This document shows, in pieces, positions 29,814-38,502 of a stretch of 64,000 nucleotides of DNA (within the stretch, counting starts at the first letter, position 1; each line of letters begins with the position of its first letter). Both the position numbers and the translations under genes were made by a program. Origin of the DNA: Planctomycetota bacterium (GTDB taxonomy: Bacteria > Planctomycetota > UBA1135 > UBA2386); the NCBI GenBank assembly GCA_965228735.1, contig OZ245838.1:2368001-2432000 (forward strand). The letters run 5' to 3'. The notes under the pieces are model-generated. The model had not been told where the DNA came from, made no database searches, and was given only the letters and a program-made list of their open reading frames with translations.

Positions 29814-32053
29814 CCATCCGCAAGCAGGAACACGAGATCGAGGTCGGCTACCGCGGCCTCGGCAGTTCGCCCGACCGGCTGCAGAAGACCAAGGTCACGG
29901 CGCAGGAAGGCGACGCGCCGCCGTGGGACGTCAACACGAAGTACGCCGTCGTCGGCACCGACATCGACCGCGTCGACGGCCTGCAGAAGGCCAGCGGCCG
30001 GGCGAAGTACGCCTACGACATGACCTTCCCCGGCCTGCAGCAGGCCATGATCCTGCGGTCGAGTGTCGCGCGCGGCAAGCTCACGGGCCTCGAGCTCGAC
30101 GAGGCCCAGCGCATGCCGGGCATCAGCGCCGTCGTCGCACTCAAGGAGGTCGGACAGCGCGTGCGCTTCGTCGGCGACGCGCTCGTCGCGATCGCGGGTG
30201 ACACGCTCGATCTCGTGCGCGACGCACTCGAGAAGGTCAACGCCACGTTCGACGCGGAGCCGCACGTCGTCGACTTCCTCGACAGCAAGGACGCGCCGGC
30301 CCGCGACCAGCACGGGCAGATCACCGCGCCGTGGCCGGAGAAGGACAGCGAGGACGTCGACGCCGCGCTCGCCGCGGCTGCGACGACCCACGACGCCACC
30401 TACCGAACCGAGGTGCAGACGCACAGCTCGCTCGAGACGCACGGCGGCGTCGCGAAGTGGAACGGCGACGACCTCGAGTTCTGGCTCAGCACGCAGGCGA
30501 CGTTCGGCTGCCGCAACGAGATCGCGCGCGGCCTCGGTCGCAAGGGCCATGCGCCGAAGAGCGTCGTGATCCACGCCGAGTTCGTCGGCGGCGGCTTCGG
30601 CAGCAAGTTCAGCGCCGGCGTCGAAGGCCTCGCGTGCGCGCTGCTCGCGAAGCTCGCGAAGGCGCCGGTCAAGCTCATGCTCGACCGCTACGAGGAGCAC
30701 ACGACGACGGGCAACCGGCCGTCGGCACTCATGCAGGTGCGCGCGGGCGTCGACGCGGCGGGCAAGATCACCGCGTGGGACTGGCGCAGCTTCGGCGGCA
30801 CGGGCTTCAACGGCCGCGGCGGCGCGGTGCGGGTCCCGAGCTCGTACACCGGCGCGGCGAAGACGCGGCAGAACCACCAGGACATCGCGGCCGACACGGA
30901 TCCGGCGCGGCCCATGCGCGCGCCGGGCTACCCGCAGGGCTACTTCGGCGCCGAGCTGTTCCTCGACGAGCTCGCGGCCAAGGCCGGGATCGATCCGCTC
31001 GAGTTCCGGCTGCAGAACGATCATGACCAGATCCGCCAGGACCAGTGGCGCTTCGGCGCGGAGCGCTTCGGCTGGGCCGCGGCCAGGAAGCGCAGAAACG
31101 CCGCGGACGCGCGCTACCGGCGCGGCGTCGGCCTCGCGAGCGCGCGTTGGGGCCAGCTCGGCAACCACGGCTTCCGCACGCGCCACGGCGCGTTCTGTCG
31201 CATCAACCCGGACGGCACGGTCGAGTCGCGCAGCGGCGCGCAGGACGTCGGCCCGGGGCTCAAGACGGTGCAGACCGTGCTCACGGCCGAAGAGCTCGGG
31301 TGCGATCCGACGGTCGTCACGAGCACGAGCGGTCACACCTACGACCCGTCGGGCCCGGCGTCCGGCGGCAGCACGACGACGCCGAGCCTCGCCCCGGTGA
31401 TCCGCAACGCGGCCGCGAACGCCAAGAAGCAGTTGATCGAGCTCGTCGCCGAGCACCTCGGGGTGCCGGTCGAAGAAGTCACCTGCAAGGGCGGCAAGGT
31501 CGGCACGGGCACGGCGCAACTCGCGTGGCGTGAGGCCTGCAAGCTCATCGGTCCCAACCCGATCGACGCGCAGGGTGAGCGCTTTCCCAACTACGAGGAG
31601 GATCCGTTCCACCGCGGCGTCTGCGGCGCGCAGTTCGCCGAGGTCGAGATCGACACGTGGACCGGCATCGTGCGGGTCACGCGCATGCTCGGCATCCAGG
31701 ACTGCGGGCTCGTGATCGCGAAGAAGCTCGCGGAGAGCCAGGTGCTCGGCGCGATGATCCAGGGCGTGAGCTTCGCGCTGCACGAGCAGCGACTCATGGA
31801 CCGGCAGAGCGGTCGCATGCTCAACGGCGACTTCCTGCGCTACAAGGTCACGGGGACGAAGGACCTGCCGGACCTCGACTGCGTGATGATGACGATCGCC
31901 AACGGCCACAGCAACGTGGGCGCCGCGGGCCTCGGCGAACCGCCCTCGGTCGCCGCACCCGCCGCGATCGCCAACGCGGTCTTCCACGCGCTCGGCAAGC
32001 CGGTGCGCCACCTCCCGATCACCCCGGACAAGGTCCTCGCGGCCCTCAGCTGA
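29810..32053 (+). CDS. Molybdopterin-binding subunit of the xanthine dehydrogenase family (PaoC/YagR-like)
   Basis: RVDGLQKASGRAKY, VGGGFGSK, MRAPG, SGGS, GLGEP, PITPDKVL; ATGA overlap with the upstream gene. Confidence 0.92.
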   Translation: MTIRKQEHEIEVGYRGLGSSPDRLQKTKVTAQEGDAPPWDVNTKYAVVGTDIDRVDGLQKASGRAKYAYDMTFPGLQQAMILRSSVARGKLTGLELDEAQRMPGISAVVALKEVGQRVRFVGDALVAIAGDTLDLVRDALEKVNATFDAEPHVVDFLDSKDAPARDQHGQITAPWPEKDSEDVDAALAAAATTHDATYRTEVQTHSSLETHGGVAKWNGDDLEFWLSTQATFGCRNEIARGLGRKGHAPKSVVIHAEFVGGGFGSKFSAGVEGLACALLAKLAKAPVKLMLDRYEEHTTTGNRPSALMQVRAGVDAAGKITAWDWRSFGGTGFNGRGGAVRVPSSYTGAAKTRQNHQDIAADTDPARPMRAPGYPQGYFGAELFLDELAAKAGIDPLEFRLQNDHDQIRQDQWRFGAERFGWAAARKRRNAADARYRRGVGLASARWGQLGNHGFRTRHGAFCRINPDGTVESRSGAQDVGPGLKTVQTVLTAEELGCDPTVVTSTSGHTYDPSGPASGGSTTTPSLAPVIRNAAANAKKQLIELVAEHLGVPVEEVTCKGGKVGTGTAQLAWREACKLIGPNPIDAQGERFPNYEEDPFHRGVCGAQFAEVEIDTWTGIVRVTRMLGIQDCGLVIAKKLAESQVLGAMIQGVSFALHEQRLMDRQSGRMLNGDFLRYKVTGTKDLPDLDCVMMTIANGHSNVGAAGLGEPPSVAAPAAIANAVFHALGKPVRHLPITPDKVLAALS

Positions 32054-32069
32054 ACCAGGAGCCTCACAG

Positions 32070-33053
32070 ATGAAACCGTTCACCTACGTGGTTCCGAAGT
32101 CGCTCGCCGAGGCCGGCGAGGCCGCGGGCCAGCCCGACACGATCGTGAAGGGCGCCGGCCTCGACATCGTCGACCGGATGAAGGAACGCCTCGTGACGCC
32201 CGCGAAGGTCGTCAACCTGCTGCCGCTCAAGCGCGAGATGGCCGGCGTCGGCAAACAGGACGACGGCTCGGTCACGATCGGGGCGCTCACGACGCTGACG
32301 CAGCTCGAGCAGCACCCGGCACTCCAGGACAGGGCGCTCGCCGGCCTGCGCGAATCGGCCGCGATCACGGCGACACCGCTCGTGCGCAACCGCGCGACCG
32401 TCGCCGGCAACATCCTGCAGTTCACGCGCTGCTGGTACGTGCGCAGCGAGGCGCACAAGTGTCTGCACGGCAAGCGCGGCCCGACGTGCCTCGCGATGTT
32501 CGGCGACAACCGCTACCACTCCGTCATGGGGTTCGCCAACTGCGTGCGCGTACACCCGAGCAACCTCGCGCCGCCACTGCTCGCGCTCGGCGCCGAGTAC
32601 ACGACCGTGAAGGACGGCGAGACGAAGCGTCGGCCGATGGCCGAACTGTTCCCCACGGTGCCGCTCGCGGAGAAGAACGAGCACACGCTCGAGGACGACG
32701 AGATCGTCACGGCGATCCACGTGCCGAAACAGCCGGCCGGGGCGCGTTCGTGGTATTCGGAGAGCCGCGAGAAGCTCAGCTTCGACTGGGCGACGACCGC
32801 GTGCGCCGTGCGCGTCGTCCTCGACGGCGGCGTGATCCGCGCGGCCGATCTCGTGCTCGGCGCGGTCTCGCCCGTGCCGCGCGCGCGACCCGACGCCGCG
32901 AAGCTGCTCGTCGGCGAGAAGCCGAGCGACGCGTTGTTCCGAAAGGTCGCGGAGAAGGCGTTCGAGGGCGCCGTGCCGCTGACGCACAACGCCTACAAGA
33001 TCCCCGTCGGCAAGGCGATCGTGCGCGACGCGCTTCACAGGGTGACCGGGTAA
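32070..33053 (+). CDS. FAD-binding subunit (PaoB/YagS-like) with a four-Cys Fe-S insert
   Basis: MKPFTY, TIGALTTL, RNRATVAGN; RCWY..C..C..C VHPS insert; HNAYK. Confidence 0.9.
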   Translation: MKPFTYVVPKSLAEAGEAAGQPDTIVKGAGLDIVDRMKERLVTPAKVVNLLPLKREMAGVGKQDDGSVTIGALTTLTQLEQHPALQDRALAGLRESAAITATPLVRNRATVAGNILQFTRCWYVRSEAHKCLHGKRGPTCLAMFGDNRYHSVMGFANCVRVHPSNLAPPLLALGAEYTTVKDGETKRRPMAELFPTVPLAEKNEHTLEDDEIVTAIHVPKQPAGARSWYSESREKLSFDWATTACAVRVVLDGGVIRAADLVLGAVSPVPRARPDAAKLLVGEKPSDALFRKVAEKAFEGAVPLTHNAYKIPVGKAIVRDALHRVTG

Positions 33054-33069
33054 CTGGAGGGAGCGAACG

Positions 33070-33315
33070 ATGACGACGAATCGAAACGTGACGACGCACC
33101 GGGACCTGCTGCCGCGGGATCTCTGCCCGGCGATGCTGCTCAAGCACCTGCTCACGCACGGCATGGACGAGGCGGTGTTCGACGACCGCGAGTGGCCGGG
33201 CGACGGCTACTACTGGTGCGCCAACACCTGCAACTGCGTCGGCCCCGATGACGAGCTCGTGCACCCGGAATCGTGCCGACCGGGTCGCGGCTGCTACGAC
33301 GGCCCGCGCGCCTGA
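33070..33315 (+). CDS. Small Cys-rich hypothetical protein in the molybdoenzyme operon
   Basis: GGAGG-type RBS, 16 nt after the FAD subunit stop; six Cys in CPAMLLK...YYWCANTCNCVGPDD...ESCRPGRGCY. Confidence 0.75.
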   Translation: MTTNRNVTTHRDLLPRDLCPAMLLKHLLTHGMDEAVFDDREWPGDGYYWCANTCNCVGPDDELVHPESCRPGRGCYDGPRA

Positions 33316-33343
33316 CCGTCCGTCCCGTGAAGCTGACCGGACC

Positions 33344-33829
33344 GTGAAACTGAGCGGCACGTGGCGGGGCGAGTACACCTACGGCGACGGCTACGTCGAA
33401 GACGGTGTCGCGGGCAGGAGCGTGCCGTTCACGATGAGCCTGACCGAGTCATGGCTGCGCCGGTTCGCGGGCTACGTGCGCGACGACGCGTCGCGCGGTG
33501 GCCAGCCCGAACGTGGTCGCGTTCTCGGGAAGCGCCGAGCGCAGCGCGTGGAGTTCGTGAAGACGATGCCGAAGGGCTACGTCAACGTCGACGGCGAGCT
33601 CGTCGAAGCCCGCCAGGTCCTCGAAGAAGAGCTCGGGACCGAGATCGACGAACGCGACCTGCCCGACCACCGCATCGCCTACGTCGGCGAACTCGACGAC
33701 AGCGGCGAGGCCATGCGCGGCACCTGGCAGATCGTCACCGCGGGCCGCAGGGGCCTCAATGTCGTCCTCGGCGGCGGCGACGGCACCTGGACCGCCCGCC
33801 GCGCGAGCGACCAACCCACCGAGGTCTGA
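33344..33829 (+). CDS. Hypothetical protein
   Basis: GTG start; LSGTWRGEYTYG...FVKT...YVGEL...MRGTW...GTWTA, a beta-rich pattern with coding-like codon usage. Confidence 0.65.
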   Translation: MKLSGTWRGEYTYGDGYVEDGVAGRSVPFTMSLTESWLRRFAGYVRDDASRGGQPERGRVLGKRRAQRVEFVKTMPKGYVNVDGELVEARQVLEEELGTEIDERDLPDHRIAYVGELDDSGEAMRGTWQIVTAGRRGLNVVLGGGDGTWTARRASDQPTEV

Positions 33830-33836
33830 AGAGGTC

Positions 33837-33972
33837 GGGTACGGTGCCTGGCGTACGGAACCTTGGCGTACGGAACCTGGTTCATGCTGCCGGCCGCGAG
33901 CCAGTTGCCGCGCGCGTAGCGCCTAGGGGGTCGGCAGCATGAACCTGGTTCCGTACGCCAGGCACCGTACCC
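33837..33972. repeat. Repeat family B: REPIN-like hairpin, second copy
   Basis: GGGTACGGTGCCTGGCGTACGGAACC at 33837-33862 pairs with 33947-33972; shares CGTACGGAACCTGGTTCATGCTGCCG with the 24339 copy; lies between convergent stops. Confidence 0.9.
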
Positions 33973-33979
33973 AACCCTC

Positions 33980-35284
33980 TCAGAGTTCGCGGAGGCGGAG
34001 GTTGCGCCAGCGGACCTCGAACGGGCCGCGGCCCTTGCCGATGCCGTGGACCTGCAGGCCGATGAAGCCCTGGGGGTGCGATGCGAACATCTTGTCGTGC
34101 GTGAGGTCGCTCACCCGCTTGCCGTTGACCCAGACCTGGATGCGCGGGCCCTTCGCGACGACGCGGTAGGCGTTCCACTCGCCATCCCGGAAATGCTTGT
34201 GCGGCTGACGCACGTCCGTCGGCGTCATCCAACCGCCCGCGGCCTCGGCGTAGAGGTAGCCGGCCTCGGCGCCGTTCTTGCCGCTCGCCTCGATCTCGAC
34301 CTGCGGGCCGTTCACGCGGCCGTTGCCCGGCTTCTCGCGGGACCGGATCTGCACACCCGAGTTGAGGGGGTCGTCGACCTTGACCTCGAAGCGCAACTCG
34401 AAGTCGCCGTAGTCGCGTTCCGTGCAGAGGAACGAGTTGGGTGAGCCCTCCGCCGTTTTGCCGACGATCGCACCATCCTCGACCCGGTAGGTCGCCGTGC
34501 CGTTCTTCTGCGTCCAGCCCTTCAAGGTGTCGCCATCGAACAACGGCTCGAACTTCGTCGTGATCGGTTCGAGCTCGACCTTCCGGAACTCGCAACGCGC
34601 GCCCTCGGCCTGCAGCGCGATCTGCCCCGAGCTCGCGGTGCAGTCGAACCCGTTGTTCACGAAGTCGCCGTTGACCCAGATCTCGATCTCGCGGTCACGA
34701 CACTCGATCACCATCTCGTTCCACTCGCCGAGCGGCCGCTCGCTGCCGTCGGTCAGGTTCTGGATGCGGCGCCGGTCGCCCTCGTCGCCGCCCCACTTCG
34801 CCTTCGGCCCGTCCGGCCCGCGGCGCACGACCATGTCCGGCACCTTGATGTCCTCGCCGATGCACCAGAAGTCGCCGGCGTTGCCATGGTGCAGCTGACA
34901 CTCGATCGACTGCGGGAACATCTTGTAGAGCCGGCGCGGCGTCGAGCTGTGCACGAGCACACCGCAGTTGCCCGGCTTGCCGGGCCAGCGCCACTCGACC
35001 GTCAGGCGGTAGTTCGAGTACCTGCCGTTCGTGATCAGATGACCCAGCGGCTTGCCCGCGCTCACGAGCAGACCGTTCTCGACGAGGAACGACGGCGGCA
35101 GTTCCGCGCCGTCGTCGGCCGCCGGAACGTCGGCGTGCCAGTTGCTCAGGTCCGAGCCGTTGAACAGCTGGACCGACGCCGGGCCCTGCGGCGATAACGG
35201 CGACTGGGGCTGCTGCGCGCCCGCGACGGATACCGGCGCGAGAACGAGCAGCGCGAGAAGAACGAGACGCGATGCCTTGGGCAT
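33980..35284 (-). CDS. Secreted protein with tandem DUF1080 (3-keto-glycoside hydrolase) domains
   Basis: Two units with LFNGSDLSNW / LFDGDTLKGW, N(C/S)GV, GEWN, VWVNG, GQIALQAE / GFIGLQVH. Confidence 0.88.
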   Translation of the reverse strand: MPKASRLVLLALLVLAPVSVAGAQQPQSPLSPQGPASVQLFNGSDLSNWHADVPAADDGAELPPSFLVENGLLVSAGKPLGHLITNGRYSNYRLTVEWRWPGKPGNCGVLVHSSTPRRLYKMFPQSIECQLHHGNAGDFWCIGEDIKVPDMVVRRGPDGPKAKWGGDEGDRRRIQNLTDGSERPLGEWNEMVIECRDREIEIWVNGDFVNNGFDCTASSGQIALQAEGARCEFRKVELEPITTKFEPLFDGDTLKGWTQKNGTATYRVEDGAIVGKTAEGSPNSFLCTERDYGDFELRFEVKVDDPLNSGVQIRSREKPGNGRVNGPQVEIEASGKNGAEAGYLYAEAAGGWMTPTDVRQPHKHFRDGEWNAYRVVAKGPRIQVWVNGKRVSDLTHDKMFASHPQGFIGLQVHGIGKGRGPFEVRWRNLRLREL

Positions 35285-35293
35285 CGCGGCAGC

Positions 35294-36121
35294 CTACCGG
35301 GTCCGCAGGATGATGTGCCAGCCGTAGGGGCTGTCCGTCTTGTGGTACGGCGTCACCCCGACCTCGCCGACCTCGAGGCTCCACGCGACCTTGTTGAAGC
35401 CCGGCACCATCTCCTTCGGCCCCATCTCGTAGACGCCGGGGCCCGAGTCGCTGGAGTAGCGCTGGCGCAGGGTCTCGAACTTGGTGCCCTCCAACGCCTG
35501 CTTGTAGACCTTGGCCGCGAGCTTCTCCGCGACCTCCTTGCTGCGCTTCACCTCCGCGCGCTGCGCGCCGGCGAACGCCACGAGAACGTGCTCGACCTTG
35601 ATCTTGTCGCCCTGCTTGCGCGGCGCGTCATCGAAGTGCGCGATCGCTTCCTGCATCGCGGCCATCGCGTCGGTCTCGAGGTCGGCCGTCGGCCGGAACC
35701 CACCGGTCACGGTCTTCGGCTCGGGCGGCAGGTCGCTCGGCGGCGGCGGCGCATCACTCGCGATCGGCGCCTTGGACAGCTCCCCGTCCTTGTTCGGTCC
35801 CGGCACCGGCGCCGCATCGGCATCGAGTTTCGGGGTGCCATCCGTGGCATCCGGAGTCGTGGCGTCCGGGGTCGTGGCATCCGGGGTCGTGGCATCCGTA
35901 GCCTCGGCATCCGGATCCTTGGCGTTCGGGGCCTTGGCGTCCGGGGCCTTGGCGTCCGGGGCATTCGCATCGGGAGCGCCATCCGGGGCGTTCGCCCCCG
36001 CGTTCTGCTCCGGCGCCGCCGCTGCGCCGCCGCTGTCGTCGCCGCCGCTGGAGTCGGTGTCGGCCGCGCCACCGCCGCAGGCCGCGAGTAGGAGAGTCAA
36101 CCAGATCGTCTTCTGCATCAT
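35294..36121 (-). CDS. Parvulin-type peptidyl-prolyl isomerase lipoprotein with a low-complexity linker
   Basis: Lipobox LAAC; HVLV, YSSD, MVPGF, SPYGWHII. Start ambiguous (36118, 36121 or 36136). Confidence 0.85.
   Translation of the reverse strand: MMQKTIWLTLLLAACGGGAADTDSSGGDDSGGAAAAPEQNAGANAPDGAPDANAPDAKAPDAKAPNAKDPDAEATDATTPDATTPDATTPDATDGTPKLDADAAPVPGPNKDGELSKAPIASDAPPPPSDLPPEPKTVTGGFRPTADLETDAMAAMQEAIAHFDDAPRKQGDKIKVEHVLVAFAGAQRAEVKRSKEVAEKLAAKVYKQALEGTKFETLRQRYSSDSGPGVYEMGPKEMVPGFNKVAWSLEVGEVGVTPYHKTDSPYGWHIILRTR
35843..35995. repeat. Coding 15-bp tandem repeat (PDAKA / PDATT pentapeptides)
   Basis: About 10 imperfect units such as GGCGTCCGGGGCCTT and GGCATCCGGGGTCGT. Confidence 0.8.
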
Positions 36122-36160
36122 GTTCGTGCGGTTCACCCGCGAGTAAGTGGCCCGCAGGAT

Positions 36161-38389
36161 TCAGTCCCCCGCCCGCGGCGTCAACAGGTCCTTGAGCCGC
36201 AGCCACTGGAACTTCCGACTGTGCGCCGAAACGGCACGGTTCAAGCCGTGCCGGGAACGCGGGTAGACCATGAGCTCGAAGTTCTGCTTGCCGGCCTTCT
36301 GCAGCTCCCAGACGAGCTGCATCGAGTTCTGCATGTGCACGTTGTCGTCCATCGTGCCGTGCAGGATCACGAGGTGACCGTGCAGGTCCTTCGCGGCCTT
36401 GATCACCGACGTCGCGTCGTAGCCGCTCTTGTTCTCCTGCGGCGTGCGCATGTAGCGCTCGGTGTAGATCGTGTCGTAGAGCCGCCAGTCGTAGACCCCC
36501 GCCCCGGCGAGGCCGAGCGCGAACTTCTTGCTGTGCGTCAGCGCGAACGCGCTCATGAAGCCGCCGTAACTCCAGCCACTGATCGCGACGCGGGCGGGAT
36601 CACCGCCGAACTCGCTGCACACGTGATCGACCGCGTCCTCGAGGTCGCGCAGCTCGACGATGCCGAGCTTCTGATACGCCATGCCGGTGTGGTGCTGACC
36701 GCGACCGCTCGCCGACCGGACGTTGACCTGCAGCACGATGAACCCCTGCTGCGCGAGGAACTGGTGGTAGGTCGAGTGGCGCCAGCTGTCGCGCACCGTC
36801 GGCGCATCCGGACCCGAGTAGGTCGGCAGGAACACCGGGTAGCGCTTCCCCTCCTCCATCGCCGTCGGCAGCATCACGCAGGCGTCGAGCTGATAGCCGT
36901 CGCGCGCGGTCACGGTCACGCGCTGCCGCTCGCTGAACGCATACTTCGTCTCGCCGTCACCGCGACTGGCCTGACCGAGATCCTTGACGATCTTGCCGGT
37001 CACGCCGTCGCGCACGACGACCCGCGTCGGCATGTCCATCGCCGACCACTGGTCGATGAGGAACGAGCGATCCGGGTTGAACGACGGCGAGTGGCTGCCG
37101 ACGCCCGGCGTGAGGCAGACGAGCCCCTCACCGTTGAGACCGACGCGGTAGTAGTGCCGCCCGGTCGCGCCGTCCTTCGTGCCCTCGAACCAGAGCAGCC
37201 CGCGCTCTTCGTCGACCGCGACGATGCTGCGCACCTGCCAGTCGCCGCTCGTGACCGCGCGGATGAGCTTGCCCTTCGGCGCGTAGTGGTAGACGTGCTG
37301 GTAGCCCGTGCGTTCGGAGTACCACAGGAACGAACCGTCCGCGAGGAAGCGCGGCGGACTCGGCCGGTTGACCCACGTCGGGCTCTCGTCGCGGATCCAA
37401 CGCGAGAGCTTGCCCGTCGCCGGATCACAGGCACAGAGCTCGGCCCACGTCTGGATCCGATCCTGCAGCGTCAGCAGCAGGGTGCCGCCGTCCGGCGTCC
37501 AACCGACGCGCACGACGAGCACGTCCGCGGGAAAATCCGACAGGTCGACCTCGACGATGCGATGACCGTCGACGTGGGCGACGGACATGCGCGCGGTCGG
37601 GTTCGGATCCCCGGCCTTGGGGTAGTTGGTGACCTCCGACTCGACGGCGCGCTCCCGGTCGAGGAAGTCCTCCGGCACGTGATCGACCACGGTGAACTCG
37701 CGCACCTTCGACTCGTCGAGCGACAGGAACGCGACCATGTCGGACCGCGGCGACCACCAGTGCCCCTGGAAGCGCCCGCGGCCGTAGAGCTCCTCCTGGT
37801 AGACCCAGTCGAGCGCGCCGTGGAACATCTCGTCGCCACCGTCCTTCGTCACGGCCCACTCCGTCAGCTTCGCCACGTCGAGCAGGACGAGGTCGTTGTC
37901 GCGCACGAACGAGGCCCGCTTGCCGTCGGGGCTCAGGTGCGCCTCCTGCTTGCGACCGGTCGCGCTGCCATCGGACGTGAGCCGCAGTGCGTCCTTGCCC
38001 GGCTTTCTGCCGCGCCCCCGCGGACCGCGCGCCGAACGCCCGACGGGAGTCTCCTCGAGCCAGAGGTCGCCTTCGAAGACGCGCACGCGCTTCCGGGTCT
38101 CGGGTTTCGCGGGCGGTTGCGCCGGCCGCCTCGGCCCCGTTCGCGGCTTGGCCTTCTGCGGGGTCATCGCGCCGGTCGCGGGGTCGAGCAGCTGACTGCG
38201 CTTGCCCTGCTGAACGACCACGTGCTTGCCGTCCTCCGACCAGCTGGCCGGCGGCACCCGGCCCTGCCAGCTCACCCGCTTGCGCGTGTCCTCGAACGTG
38301 AGGCGCTGGCGCTCCTGGGCACCGAGCGCGGCGGTCGAAGCGAGACCCAGGGAGAACGTGAGAACGAGGAGGTGCGAAGTGAGCTTCAT
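36161..38389 (-). CDS. S9B dipeptidyl peptidase IV family protein
   Basis: Signal peptide; DWVYQEEL, YPKAG, GWSYGG, HGTMDDNVH, YPRSRHG. Confidence 0.93.
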   Translation of the reverse strand: MKLTSHLLVLTFSLGLASTAALGAQERQRLTFEDTRKRVSWQGRVPPASWSEDGKHVVVQQGKRSQLLDPATGAMTPQKAKPRTGPRRPAQPPAKPETRKRVRVFEGDLWLEETPVGRSARGPRGRGRKPGKDALRLTSDGSATGRKQEAHLSPDGKRASFVRDNDLVLLDVAKLTEWAVTKDGGDEMFHGALDWVYQEELYGRGRFQGHWWSPRSDMVAFLSLDESKVREFTVVDHVPEDFLDRERAVESEVTNYPKAGDPNPTARMSVAHVDGHRIVEVDLSDFPADVLVVRVGWTPDGGTLLLTLQDRIQTWAELCACDPATGKLSRWIRDESPTWVNRPSPPRFLADGSFLWYSERTGYQHVYHYAPKGKLIRAVTSGDWQVRSIVAVDEERGLLWFEGTKDGATGRHYYRVGLNGEGLVCLTPGVGSHSPSFNPDRSFLIDQWSAMDMPTRVVVRDGVTGKIVKDLGQASRGDGETKYAFSERQRVTVTARDGYQLDACVMLPTAMEEGKRYPVFLPTYSGPDAPTVRDSWRHSTYHQFLAQQGFIVLQVNVRSASGRGQHHTGMAYQKLGIVELRDLEDAVDHVCSEFGGDPARVAISGWSYGGFMSAFALTHSKKFALGLAGAGVYDWRLYDTIYTERYMRTPQENKSGYDATSVIKAAKDLHGHLVILHGTMDDNVHMQNSMQLVWELQKAGKQNFELMVYPRSRHGLNRAVSAHSRKFQWLRLKDLLTPRAGD

Positions 38390-38502
38390 CGTGGCGAACC
38401 GGGAACCGGCGAGAGATCCCGGATGCTACGGCTCACCCGACGCCACGCCGCCGCGTTCGGGGTAAGAAAAGTGTGGCCGCGGCGACTCGCCCGGGCGGCG
38501 CC

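Noticed and set aside
33327..33360. Near-duplicate start region GTGAAGCTGACCGGACC / GTGAAACTGAGCGGCAC
   Set aside because: Short and imperfect; could be chance or a trivial duplication with no supportable function
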